From Octopus sinensis (Eukaryota), in the NCBI RefSeq assembly GCF_006345805.1, contig NC_043012.1, forward strand, positions 52,452,001 to 52,516,000: 64,000 nt of DNA. Reading direction: 5' to 3'. The translations under genes were made by a program, and so were the position numbers. A model generated the notes under the pieces. That model was not told the DNA's origin. It saw only the letters and a list, made by a program, of their open reading frames with translations, and ran no database searches. How positions within the stretch are numbered: position 1 is the first letter of the stretch; each line of letters opens with the position of its first letter. Positions 15,049 through 27,587 of the stretch are shown in pieces.

Positions 15049-16088
15049 ACAACAACAACAATAGTAATAAAATTAATATTAACATAATTATCAATGGATG
15101 GCTCTAGAGTTGTGTTCTGATATTATTTATTCATATATATATAATATCATATGTGCGTGTGTGTGTGTTATTGTGTGTGTATGTGTGTGTGTAAACACTC
15201 ATAATATATGTATGTATACGTAGCTAGTTATCTGTTAATGCAGACACACAGGTTGCTAGAGGTAATGGAGTACACATTTGATAATTGAATAAAATAGCTT
15301 TAATCTACAAAAAACCAAACGTATTTTAATAAAAAAAATCGTGCACATCTTTTAGATAAGCGTTCCGATAGACTTATTTTACGAATCCACTTTTAGCTTC
15401 TTGTCTGCTTCAGTGCGGGACCCGTAATCGTTAATATGTCTGCATTAAATTTTCCATATTCATTTCGGATCTCATCTGGGCAGTGGTGGCCTTCGATTAG
15501 CTTGTGTTATTGAGCGGATGTCGATTAGTCTCCCTTGCAACAGCTCTCCAAACTTAGCACCCAATATGTTTAAAATCACATGAGTTTGACGTTACAAAAT
15601 CGTACAGGTTGCTTGCCATCCCCTGGGTTACGTAGACCTTTGACTAGCTTCTGAATTTTGTTTAAACACATATGATCGTACATTTCCTTATCAAGCTAGA
15701 ACTGCAAAGCTGCTTCCAGTAACTCAATGTTATCCAGAAGCATCAGTGCTATTGTATCTGTGGAAGGCGAGATGTCGGTTAGCCGAATAATAACTCATCC
15801 AATCAAATGCCTTGCATCTTTGAGCTAAGGTCTTTTCTTATCTGACATTTTAATGGACCTCAAATATATCTCTAATCTAAATTTTGGTTTCAAATGTTGG
15901 TACACTGCCAGCAATTTTGGAGCAGGGATCAAGACGATCACTTTGACCTTAGTGGTCACTTGGTAGTTATTTTATCGACCCTGTAATGATGAAAAGGAAA
16001 GTCAATCCCGATGATATTTTAACTTAGAATGTAAAGTTGTTAGAAATGCCGGTAATTATTTTGAATCAACGTTGAATGGGAGTCAAAT

Positions 16089-16295
16089 ACTCTTTTACTC
16101 TTTTACTTGTTTCAGTCATTTGACTGTGGCAATGCTGGAGCACCGCCTTTAGTCGAGCAAATCGACGCCTGGACTTATTCTTTGGAAGCCTAGTACTTAT
16201 TCTATCGGTCTCTTTTGCCGAACCGCTAAGTTACGGGGATTTAAACACCAGCATCGGTTGTCAAGCGATGTTGGGGGAAAAACACAGACGCACAA

Positions 16296-16334
<39 letters not shown>

Positions 16335-16497
16335 CGACGGGATTCTTGCATTTCCGTCTACCAAATCCACTCACAAGGATTTGGTCGGCCAGAGGCTATA
16401 GCAGAAGACACTTGCCCTAGGTGCCACGCAGTGGGACAGAACACGGAACTATGTGGCTGCTAAGCAAGCTAAATACCACACAGCCACTCCAACGCCT
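16089..16497 (-). mobile_element. Full-length tRNA-derived SINE family B (CORE-like centre, internal (TG)n, stem-loop tail CAGTCAAATGACTGAAACAAGTAAAAGAG)
   Basis: Minus-strand head TGGCTGTGTGGTA..TAGTTCCGTGTTCTGTCCCACTGCGTGGCACCTAGGGCAAGTGTCTT; many related copies in the window. Confidence 0.9.
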
Positions 16498-17270
16498 ATG
16501 AAAATAATGTTAAGTTCCAGTAGTTACGGAAAGTTTTGAAATGTGGTCAGCAATGAAAAATCAAGAAATACTTCACCTCAAGAAGTTTAGTGGAGATATT
16601 TGGCTATTTTGGAGAAAAAAAATAGCTACTATGGAAATTTGAAAATAGTTTCTCAATTTTAGATTGTATCATTTCCAAATTTGTTTTTAATAGCTATTAT
16701 AGTTTCGGAAAACATAGATTTGAAATGTCTATACAGGATATTGAAAATGGCTTGCACAATAAAGATATATATTTATATTTTGTGCTCTATGCACCTATGT
16801 ATTAAGATATACGTTGTTTGTACACTATACTCACACACACGCACACACACACATACACGAACCTATATTTCTATACAAATACTCACATATATGTATGTAT
16901 GAACATTTGTATGAATTTCTTTGGTGACAATTTCAATATTTATAAGAATGTATAAATGAATATTCTTCCTCCTCGCCTTTTTCTCTCGCACACGCGTACT
17001 TTCTCTTCGTTTCTCGCCTTTCTTCTCTCTCTTCATACGCTTCACTCTCCGTTTCTATCACTTGCATGTGCGTGAGTGTTTGTGTATTTCAGTATAAATG
17101 TATGAGCGTGATCGGACGTGTACGCCACATTAGTTTCTATTTAAGTATGTATATGTTTGTGCATCCAAAGTTATGTATAACATGAATACATCAATGGTTA
17201 TTTATATGCCTATGTATAGCTCTGTTTATCTCATGAACATAACATTATACATACCCATATATGCATATGA

Positions 17271-17321
<51 letters not shown>

Positions 17322-19764
17322 CGTATGTATGTATGTATAAACACACACACGTATGTATGTATGTATGTGTGTAAGTTTGCATGTAAGTATGCATGTATGT
17401 ATATATATGTGTGTCTGTATGTAAGTAGGTTTCCATAGAAAAGCTGATGATATTTGGTTTTATCGAAACCAGAAATGCGGAATGACAGTAAAAATGATAA
17501 ATGGCATCTAATTAAATACACATACACAAACGCATATATGTATATGTATATATATATATACATATATATATATATGTGTGTGTTTAAGAACTAAGCTAGT
17601 TGAGTAAAAGATAAATAATAAATATTGAGTGAAATATTGGCAAAAGACAACATCAAAATTCAAGGGCCACTGTGGATATTTTTGAATGAATCGATTTTAG
17701 TATTTTAGTGAAACGATATTTTAAAAGCCACAAGGACAGAAGACAATATTAGCCCTTGGTGCTATTGGAACTAGGAGCGCATAGCATCCTAACGAAAATG
17801 CCACAAAGCATTTTGTCCAATATTGTAACGATTCAGCCAAATTCCCGCCCATGAATGTAATAGATGCATATTGATTTGCCTTTTAATTACGCACAGCGCC
17901 ATTTGTATTCAAAGAACATTAGTAGGATAATTGGAAACTAAATGATTCCACTAGTAATTAGAGCCAAGCCTATTATATAACATTATGCATACTGGCTGAT
18001 ATAGCAGCAAAGTTTTCCCCTTCTTTATTTCCAAGTTTACACAGCACATTTGCTGTCATTGAATGGTCCCAATAGTATATTTGTTTTTCTATGAAAATAG
18101 ATTGCTTGCCATTCGCTCAGCACTTCTCCAATTCTAGAGAAGTGATTTCTGTGATTGGTCAGTTCTGGAGCAACGGAGGCTGTTCATAGAGTGAGAAAGA
18201 AATGAAGGAGAGAGAAAGAGACAGTAAATTGTGAGTAAGCAACAACCGTTTCTGTTATCGACTTCAACTTTGTATGCCGACCTCGGAAGATTGAAATGTA
18301 AAGTTTACCTCAATGAAATCTTAATATCAGGCAACGCATACAACCTAATAAATACCACAAGTCTGTTTCTGTTTATTCAACAGTCTAAGAATGATCCCGA
18401 TTCGCCTCAGTATCTCCTTGAAATGCTTTCCAAACCAGAACACATTGAATAATATAGTCATAGATATACATATATGTGGAAATTGGATCTGCTGCCACAG
18501 GACCCGTATTTCACTCTTCTTTTAACCCTACGAAACGATGAATGAGGCTTCACGTGGCCTCTGCCTACTGTAAACATAGGTACATTTCCTTCAATTTACA
18601 CGGATATTTTTTGAAAAGGGGTATATATTAAAGAATATAAGTGCCCAAGTTCGAAAAAGATTGAGATAAGTTTGTCATGTGGCTGCAAAACCTTTGCATG
18701 TAACTCTGAGCATCATTAATACAAAAGTAATAATTAATACAAAAGTAATAACCGGGTTGAGACAAAATTTTAAGACCAGCTTGTAAAACTCTTCTTTGAC
18801 AGTTGCAGTTTCTCTTATGAAGTCCCGTAATACGCTGGGTATTCTAGATAACATCCATATTGAAAGCAACGATGTTAAATTTTCTCATAACACTCATTGA
18901 ATCGCACTAATTTAACGCTGATAAATAAATATTTCTTGACAAGGTCAAAATGCAGCGTTCTGATACTATACGAAACCTGCACCAGCTGTTCCGAAACTCT
19001 TTAACTCGACCAGTTGCGACATTCTTCTAACAGATAGTCTCGAATTGTTTAATTTATCTGATTTCAGTTCCTCAAAATGAAATGTCCAAATCTGTAACTC
19101 CTTTTTGATTATTTATTCATGATATGAAGTTCAGCACATTAATAATAAATTATTGTTAGTCAATTATTGTTCAAAATTAAATTTGTAAATTAAATTTGTA
19201 AACATCTGATTATCCAATTCCGGTCGCTGAGATTGACACAGACTTACTCTTCGTTCATAACGAAGTCTTTTATTTTCCACACAATTCTAAACGAATGATA
19301 TTATATATTATGAGCATAGATTCGAGCGAGACAAAAAGAATTAGTACCACTAACGGGTATAGAATGGTATTTTTGTAAAGCTTGCAAGGTGACGGGGGTT
19401 ACCGATTACAATGCCGATGCAATGCGGATGTAATACTTGAACGAGAAGAATACTATTATAAAATAGCATTATAGTCGAATGGTTAAGCAGTGGACTTCTC
19501 GATCACAATATTCAAAGTTCGATCGCATCCTAGGGAAGTGTCTTTTACAATAATGCGGGATCAATTCGTATCTTTTAAGTGAAATTGAATAAACGGAGAC
19601 TGAGTGATAGCTCGTTGGGTGGATTAACCCAGTGACTCAAAGCTCCGAAAATATCACGTTGATGCACCTGTCTGGGAAATACCCTGGCATTTACATGATA
19701 TTTCAATGAACTTCGCAGTACAGCTAATCGAACATTTGAAAAGCTCGTGATTGATTGGGAAATC

Positions 19765-20183
19765 GGATCTTTTCGGTTTGAACGGCAGTTTTTTCTAGCG
19801 GTGTCATATGAAATTGTCACCCATAAGTATGACCCCAGTGTTGATCGATTGCATTTCAATCTATTTTAGCGTTAGGGTTAGGTTTAGGGGTGGGGGGAAG
19901 GGTATATTTTTTTCTTCACAAATGTAAATAAACCCAATCTGTTTCTTAAACGAGGGACATATTCATACCGCACAGAATGTTTTTTTACCTCGATAGACAT
20001 CAGTGATTGGTTGAAATTGCAGAAATTTAAGAAGAAAACAAATATCTTACAAACTATAGAATTTTCTCAATAAAGCCAAGAGAAAAAGATGTTTTATAAA
20101 CACATTCTACCAGTAAACGAAGTTTAAAATTTTTTAGTTACCTAGAAATTATGTTAAAACTGCCGTTCAAACCGTAAGGATCC
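19765..20183 (+). mobile_element. MITE copy 1 (GG-terminated TIRs of about 28 bp, 8 bp TSD, internal TTAGGG); Merlin-like
   Basis: Left TIR GGATCTTTTCGGTTTGAACGGCAGTTTT, right TIR AAAACTGCCGTTCAAACCGTAAGGATCC; TSD GGGAAATC on both sides. Confidence 0.93.
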
Positions 20184-21995
20184 GGGAAATCTAACCGAAA
20201 TACATGTATTATATAAACTCATTTACAGCCAAGTCTTAAAACGTCACCCGTGATTTAAGAATTTATTCAAATCATTCCCCCGCCCTATTTGAAAAATAGA
20301 AGGCACACAATTAACAATTTAATTCTAGATATATAAAAATATGGATGGCCAGGTTTTGAACACCATTGATAATAGTTCTGCTCAGGAAGATATCTTGTGC
20401 TTAACAACAATAACAATGATTTTATATTTTATGTATAATTTGTTACAAAGACTTTTCTTTTTTTACGAATTTAATGTTAACCTCATTGGAAGGGTGCAAA
20501 CTGGCAGACTGGTAACCAGGCAAAATTATTCTTAGCTGCATTTAGTCTGTCTGTACGGTCTGTGTTCGAATTCTGCCGAGGTCGATTTTGCTTTTCCTTT
20601 TTGGGGAGTTATAAAATAAGAACTGAGTTCTGTAGTCAATGTAATCGACTACAAAACCTCTCCCGAAGTTGCTGGCCTTATGCCAAAAAATTGTTGAGAA
20701 GAATGAATAAATACATATGCCAACTATCAGTCCCTTCCGTGTTCATTATTAATTAATTTACTAACGCAGTAGAAGAATTGTGTCGCACACTTTTTTACCT
20801 GCCTTGTGCATACCAGCAAAAGAACAGTATCTATGCATTCCTTTATCTGATACAAAAAAACTACTTCAAATCATTTAGTTCTCTCTTCCAATGAGGGCAA
20901 TTTGAATAATGCAGTCCTTAGCTTACATTGTATCTGCAGAAGAGGCGCGAGTCACAGAAGAATGCCTTTCATTGTATGCTTATTTGATAAGGGCTTTCCT
21001 ATAGAAAATAACAGCAGCAGCATCTCATCTAACTCTGATGTCATTTTCGTATGTAAAAACATAATATTTTTCCCACTAGTATAATGTTGAATTGTCTATA
21101 ACGTTAGAACCACAGACTAAATGTCTCCTTTAGTGTATTTAGTTTTATCAAAGCTATATACTCAAGACTCGCCGTGGATGACATTGCCTTCCGTTCCTCT
21201 GGGGCCCATAAATAATTACCAATGCTATATTCGAACGTGTATTCAGTGTGTTTCACATCTCTCCCTATAAAGTTGGCCCGGTGCCTAAGGATGAAATGAA
21301 TATTTCTTCCACTGTGTTTTTCCAGACAAATGTTTCATACAGATGTGATTTATTTCAACATTGTCACAGTTATTTCATCAGGGAAATCATACAATTGACC
21401 GATAGACATATGCAGATGTCATTACAGCATTCATAAACTTTGCCAATAAATCATTCTCCGACTTAACTTTCCTAGTGAATTTGAAACACACACATAAAAA
21501 AAATCACAAGTATATACATGTAATCTCCAATCTCTCATTTTGCCTCTTTTACGATTCCCAAACCTGCATTATTACAAGAAAACCTATCAATAATGGTTCT
21601 TTTACAGCCTGTCATTAGACCCGAAAATTTAACATGTTACACAATTTCATTATATTAGCATTAAGAGGACAGGAAATAGCAGAATCGGCAGAGTGTCCTA
21701 CGAAATTGGTTTTTTTGCGGTATTTTGTCAAGTCCATTTATATTGTGTTCGCATCTATATCACGCAGACATATTGGAGCGGCTGTGAAGCTCGACTCATG
21801 ATCGTCGAAGCCAGAGTTCAATCCCAATGCGTGGAATCTTGGGTATTTTAGATTTTTTTTCTTCCTATTTTTACCAGTAATCCTTGTTTGACTCAAGCCG
21901 TTGGTCAGTAAATTATCAGCAATCCTCGAATCGCTGAGCTTGTCACATTCTATGTTACGCTGAATTGTCTTGGGAATTACGTTAAGTGTAACGTT

Positions 21996-22230
21996 CCCGA
22001 TGCTGCTGCCCGTAACACGGAGAGGAGAAAAATCAATAAGCATGGGAGGTTGACAGGTCGCTACCAGTTTATGCTGGTCACCGTCGATACGTCAGATGTT
22101 GTCGGACCCCGTACTACCAGATTTCTCTGCAAAATCGGAATGAGCCATGTGAGGTGGAGTGGCTACAACAAAGAGTGTTGCCGGCCATTCTCCAAAGTAA
22201 CGCCATGGCCTGGGGTGCGGCTGACCACAC
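21996..22230 (+). mobile_element. CRE-clade-like non-LTR retrotransposon relic, C-terminal restriction-like endonuclease region
   Basis: Translation DAAARNTERRKINKHGRLTGRYQFMLVTVDTSDVVGPRTTRFLCKIG, then after a frameshift EPCEVEWLQQRVLPAILQSNA. This resembles the CRE pattern AA..AE..K..KY..L...Y.F.P.AVET.G..GP....FL..IG...E..WL.QR...AI.RGNA. Confidence 0.65.
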
Positions 22231-22349
22231 CATTTGTTGTGGTGTATGGGGGTCATCACCTCTCCCCTCTATCTATTGCCTCATCCCCCACTCTTCTTTC
22301 TTTTCCTTTCTTATCTCTCTTTTTTTCTGTTTCTTTGTATTTAAATGAA

Positions 22350-22627
22350 TGTGCGTGGCTTCGTGATTAGGGTATTCAGTTAACGATCGCATGGTCACAA
22401 GTTCAGTTCCCGGTGACGCGTTGTGTCCTTGAGCAAGACATTTTATTTCACGTTGCTGCAGTCCACTCAGCTGGCAAAAATGAGGGGATCCTGCATTTCA
22501 AAGGGCCAGTCTCGGCACGCTGAATCTATGTGAGAACTACGTTAGGGTACACGTGTCTGTGGGGTACTCAGCCACATACACGTTAATTCCACGAACAGGC
22601 TGTTCCGTTGAACGGATCAACTGGAAC
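22350..22627 (+). mobile_element. tRNA-derived SINE family E (CORE-like GTGTCCTTGAGCAAGACA centre)
   Basis: tRNA-like head, CORE-like block, 3' part shared with 52175-52468 and with the tail of 53825-54203. Confidence 0.82.
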
Positions 22628-22799
22628 AAAACGATAAACAATAGCAGTATACGCAAACACACGTGAAATTTCCTATTGAAAGAGGGTAAGGCGAAACACG
22701 GCGTAAAAAATCACGAAAGCTTTTAGTTTTGTTGTTCTTATCATTTCACTCTATTCTATGCAATAAAAAACATCGGTCTTCATCGATATTATAACCATC

Positions 22800-23165
22800 G
22801 GCGAGCTGGCAGAAGCGTTAGCACGCCGGGCGAAATGCGTAGCCATATTTCGTCTGAGTTCAAATTTGCCTTTCATATTTTCGGGATCGATAAATTAAGT
22901 TCCATTTACGCACTGGGGTCGATATAATCGACTTAATCAGTTTGTCTGTCCTTGTTTGTCGTCTGTGTTTAGCCCCTTGTGGGTAGTAAAGAAATAGGTA
23001 TTTCATCTGCCGCTACGTTTGAGTTCAAATTTCGCCGAGGTCGACTTTGCTTTTCATCATTTCGGGGTCAAAAAATTAAGTACTAGTTGCGTACTGGGGT
23101 CGATCTAATCGACTAGCCCCTGCCTCAAAATTTCGGACTTTCTCCCTAGTGTAGAAAAGGATATT
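22800..23165 (+). mobile_element. SINE family A dimer (tail-1 unit joined to tail-2 unit)
   Basis: Head GGCGAGCTGGCAGAAGCGTTAGCACGCCGGGCGAAATG, two cores, junction AAAGAAATA|GGTATTTCATCTG at 22996/22997. Confidence 0.88.
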
Positions 23166-23831
23166 ATAACCAGTTGATCTAACAAGCGGGTCTTCGTCTT
23201 TTGATTACAGTAAAAATATATTCCAAACAAATTTTGGCCAAAATGGGGGAAGAAAATACTCGTTGGTTTTACTCGCATGTTGTTCAATTCGTGGAAAACG
23301 AAATAAACATCCTCGAACACTCATTAAGTGTCATCTAGGCACATTCAACTTTGACTTTCATTCTTTTGGAACAATATTAAATGCATCAGTCACGAACACT
23401 GAACTAAAGAAAACAGGCAGTTTCCTCCATTCTCAAAAATTCTGACTTTGAGGTTTATTCGTCAATTGGAAATCATTATCCTATGTCTGTTCTTATTCTT
23501 GTTGTTAATGTTATTGAGCTCCAGATCACCCCTGACTGTGTAGGTCTCTGAATGAATTTCTTCCCACCGTTACAACCATAACGTCTTCGTGCATATAAGA
23601 ACAACTGAATTTTCCTAACACTGATTTCCTTTTAAAGAGAGTGCGATATTATTTGGCTGTTATTTCTAGCGATTTCTACGAACAAGCAGATACTCCCATG
23701 CTGGTTCATGAAATCAAATAATTAACACCATTCGTGAGTATTTCCCGGAAAGAAAACTCTAAGTAATATTTTTTTTATTATTAATCTTCTTTACTCTATT
23801 TAATATTCCTTAATCTAATCTTTTATTCATT

Positions 23832-24125
23832 TACTCTTTTACTTGTTTCAGCCATGTGACTGTGGCCATGCTGGTGTACCGCCTTTAGTCAAACCGCTAA
23901 GTTACGGGGATGTAAACACACCAGCATCGATTGTCAAGCGATGTTGGGGGGGGGACAAACACACACACACATATACATATACATATATACGACGGGCTTC
24001 TTTCAGTTTCCGTCTACCAAATCCACTCAGTAGAAGACACTTGCCCAAGGTGCCACGCAGTGTGACTGAACCCGGAACCATGTGGTTCGTAAGCAAGCTA
24101 CTTACCACAGACCCACTCCTACCCA
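23832..24125 (-). mobile_element. SINE family B with internal deletions
   Basis: Colinear with 16089-16497. Confidence 0.88.
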
Positions 24126-24217
24126 TCTGTTCAGTTTTCTCAATTTTATTGAGTACATTAGTTGCATAACATTCAACAATAAAGGTCATATTAAACGAGA
24201 TGGAACAGTTCATATTG

Positions 24218-24576
24218 TATCAAATTTTGACCAACGAGGCCTACAATACTTGTGGAGTGGTGAGGGAGCAAGTCAATTACATCGACCTCAGGGTTCAACT
24301 AGTGCTTATTTATCCGACTCCGGTCGCATTTGAACTCAGAATGCAAGAACCGGAAGAAATGCAGCAAAGTAAATTGTCCACTGCGCCGTCAATTCTTATT
24401 TCTTTATTGTCCACAAGGTACTAAACATAGAAGGGGCAAACAAGGACAGACAAAGGGGTTAACTCGATTATATCGACCCCAGTGCGTAACTGGTGCTTAA
24501 TTTATCGACCCCGAAAGGATGAAAGGCAAAGTCGACCTCGGTGGGATTTGAACTCAGAACGGAACGGCAGACGGCA
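24218..24576 (-). mobile_element. Young SINE-A tail-1 unit adjoining or nested in an old SINE-A tail-2 copy
   Basis: Near-consensus core at ~24397-24576 continues into a degenerate head and core at 24218-24396. Confidence 0.8.
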
Positions 24577-24717
24577 TATCGATATAACATATCAGTTATA
24601 GAAACCAAGCCGTTGTCGTAACAAAAGCAGTTGCACTGTTCATATCATTTAAATTAATCCCTTCAAGTATTTAACTTCAAGTACAGAGAATTTCTCTTTT
24701 TATTTATTGTTCATTTT

Positions 24718-25045
24718 TTTTACTTGTTTCAGTCATTAGCCTGCGGCCATGCTAAAGCATTGCCTTGAAGAACTTTTTGTCGAATGAATCGATCCCAGTA
24801 CATCTTTTTCCTTTAAGCCTGGTACTTATTCTATCGGTTCTGTTTTGCCGAACCGATAGGTTACTGGGACACCGATTGTCAAGAGCTGGGGGCGGAGGGA
24901 AAAACACAGAGAAACACACACACACATATAAATATATATTTATATATATTATAGGCTATAGTCGAGGTCACTTTCTCAAGGTGCCTCGCAGTAGTACTGA
25001 ACCTGGAACCATGTGGTTGGAGAGCAAGCTTCTTATCACGCAGCC
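24718..25045 (-). mobile_element. SINE family B (diverged)
   Basis: TTACTTGTTTCAGTCATTAG tail and GGTGCCTCGCAGTAGTACTGAACCTGGAACCATGTGG head. Confidence 0.82.
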
Positions 25046-25292
25046 TTTCTTTTCTTTCATTCCAGTTCGATGCAATATATATCAACAGCTGATTGAAATG
25101 TATCGAACACATCTATTACAAGTATTTCCGTAGGTTTGGCTCCCTTTTCTTAGTGTGAGAAAACTTTATCTAAACAACTGGGGGATGAAGGGAAACAATG
25201 AATCATGGACATATTTAACTTCATGTTGTTGCTCTTTTAGAATAAAAATTCATTGTTTTCATTAATATCAAGTGAATGATAGAGTCAATACT

Positions 25293-25891
25293 TATTTCTT
25301 TATTATCCACAAGGGGCTAACCATAGAAGGGACAAACAAGGACAGACAAAGGGGTTAAGTCGATTACATCAACCCCAGTGCGAAACTGGTACTTAATTTC
25401 TCGACCCCGAAAGGATGAAAGGCAAAGTCGACCTCGGCGGAATCGGAACTCAGAACGTAACGGCAGACGAAATACCTATTTCTTTAAATACCCAGAAGGG
25501 GTCGAACGCAGAGAGGACAAACAAGGACAGACAAATGGATTAAGTCGATTACATCGACTCCAGTGCTTCACTGGTGCTTAATTTATCGACCCCGAAAGGA
25601 TGAAAGGCAAAGTCGACCTCGACGGAATTTGAATTCAAACGTAACGGCAGACGAAATACCTATTTCTTTTCTACCCACAAGGGGCCAAACACAGAGAGGA
25701 CAAACAAGGACAGACAAACGGATTACGTCGATTACATTGACCCCAGTGCGTAATTGGTACTTATTTAATCGACCCCGAAAGGATGAAAGGCAAAGTCGAC
25801 CTGGGCGGAATTTGAACTTAGAACGTAACGGCAGAAAAAATACGGCTACACATTTCGCCCGACGTGCTAAGGTCTCTGCCAGCTGGCCGCC
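25293..25891 (-). mobile_element. SINE family A trimer: one head plus three ~184 bp bodies
   Basis: Junctions GACGAAATACC|TATTTCTTT at 25476/7 and 25660/1; flanking TSD ATGATAGAGTCAATACT (25276-25292) and ATGATAGGGTGAATACT (25892-25908). Confidence 0.92.
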
Positions 25892-26317
25892 ATGATAGGG
25901 TGAATACTACAAGTTTTATGTATCTTCATTTAACTCATTGAAATGTTGGCACATATACTTTCAGTATTGAGTGGAGGCCGGGTAATTCAAATAAAAAAAA
26001 AATGAATGGCTAAGTTGATCTCGGTGAGATTTGAACTCAGAATGTAAATAATCTGAAGAAATGCCGCTAATCATTTAGACACGCTAAGGATTTCGTCAGC
26101 TGGCCGCCTCGTTTATCCATTTAATACCACTATAGTGTGAGTTGCGGAATTCTAATACCTTTCCTGTGGTTGAAATACTATTTATAAAAAAGGTTGATTC
26201 AAATAGTTACAGTCATTCACATCAATTGCCTGTCTTAAACACGTTTATCATTGAAGTATAAAAAATCCTTATCTATAAAAACTATATTTTTTTTGTATAA
26301 ATATATATGTTGATCTA

Positions 26318-26548
26318 GGTGGCGAGCTGGTAGAAACGTTAGCGCGCCGGGCGAAATACTTAACGGCATTTCGTCTGTCGTTACGTTTTGAGTTCAAATT
26401 CGGCCGAGATCGACTTTGCCTTTCATCCTTTCGGGGTCGATAAATAAAGTACCAGTTTCGCACTGGGGTCGATGTAATCGACTTAATCCGTTTGTCTGTC
26501 CTTGTTTGTCCTCTCTATGTTTAGCCCCTTGTGGGTAGTAAAGAAATA
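26318..26548 (+). mobile_element. Full-length SINE family A monomer, tail type 1
   Basis: Head, core and CCCCTTGTGGGTAGTAAAGAAATA tail. Confidence 0.92.
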
Positions 26549-26562
26549 TATATATGTCAATG

Positions 26563-26855
26563 TGGAGGCGCAATGGCCTAGTGGTTGTTGGATTGCGGTT
26601 TCGATTCTCAGACCGGGCGTTGTGAGTGTTTATTGAGCAAAAACACCTAAAGCTCCACGAGGCTCCGGCAGGGGGTGGTGACGATCCCTGCTGTATTGTT
26701 TCGCCACAATTTTCTCTCATTCTTTCTTCTGTTGTCCTGCCCGCTTCAGCCAGCGGGATGGCGTCATTTGAAGGCTAAAACAATGCGAACCGCATTGTGA
26801 CCAGCGATGTGTAGCAACATCTGATAGCCTGGTCGGTTACGGTGATCACGGTGAT
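26563..26855 (+). mobile_element. SINE family C, tail type 2
   Basis: Head GGAGGCGCAATGGCCTAGTGG, shared CACCTAAAGCTCCACG block, tail GTGACCAGCGATGTGTAGCAACATCTGATAGCCTGGTCGG; second copy at 44377-44657. Confidence 0.88.
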
Positions 26856-27089
26856 ATATGTCGATATGTATGTGAATGCATTTAAATTTGTGTGACTGTC
26901 TATATACACACACATATATACATGTATATACATCTTGCAGATTGACATATTCATGGTAATATACGCATTAATAACAGCATGTTAATATTCTTCATTATAT
27001 ATCCCGATATTTGTAACAGAATTTATGTTGATTTGCATCTTGAAAATATATTTTTATCTGTAAATAGCACCAAGAAATTATTAGCTGAG

Positions 27090-27147
<58 letters not shown>

Positions 27148-27152
<5 letters not shown>

Positions 27153-27378
27153 TAATCCAAACAAGAAAACACAAAAATAAAAAAAAATTTAAAAAACACA
27201 ACAACGCGAGGACGTGGAACAAATAAAGTATTATTGGACGCTCAGGAAAGAAGGGAAGAAGGAGGGTTTAACGTTTCGAGCGGAGCTCTTCGTCGGAAAC
27301 ATAGGAGAAGGAAAGATCCCGAGAAGGGAAGACAGAGGAAGAAAAATCGCCAACGGTACTCACGAGGTCACATATTGA
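27148..27378 (-). mobile_element. Probable Penelope-like element pseudo-LTR fragment with minimal hammerhead-like motif
   Basis: Minus strand GTTT-CCGACGA-A-GAGC-TCC-GCTC-GAAA-CGTT-AAAC at ~27267-27300; T-rich 3' end abutting (TA)n. Confidence 0.6.
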
Positions 27379-27429
27379 TATATAACGAAGTAAGCTAACG
27401 TTATGCTACTTTGTAATAATCCTTATTAT

Positions 27430-27566
27430 TATTCCGCCGAGGTCGACTTTGCCTTTCAGCCTCTCGAGGACGATAAAATAAGTACAGTTGAGTACTGGGG
27501 TCGATGTAATCGACTCATTCCCTCCCCCTAAATTACTGCCCTTGTGGAAAAATTTGAAACCATTAT
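27430..27566 (+). mobile_element. 5'-truncated SINE family A, tail type 2
   Basis: ATTCCGCCGAGGTCGACTTTGCCTTTCA..GCCCTTGTGGAAAAATTTGAAACC. Confidence 0.85.
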
Positions 27567-27587
27567 CATTATTGATATATATAGATA

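Noticed and set aside
19870-19900. Interstitial telomere or chromosome fusion site
   Set aside because: Only 2-3 TTAGGG units, always at the same position inside the MITE copies.
25293-25891. CRISPR-like or satellite array
   Set aside because: Units are whole 184 bp SINE bodies without unique spacers; eukaryotic context and no cas genes.
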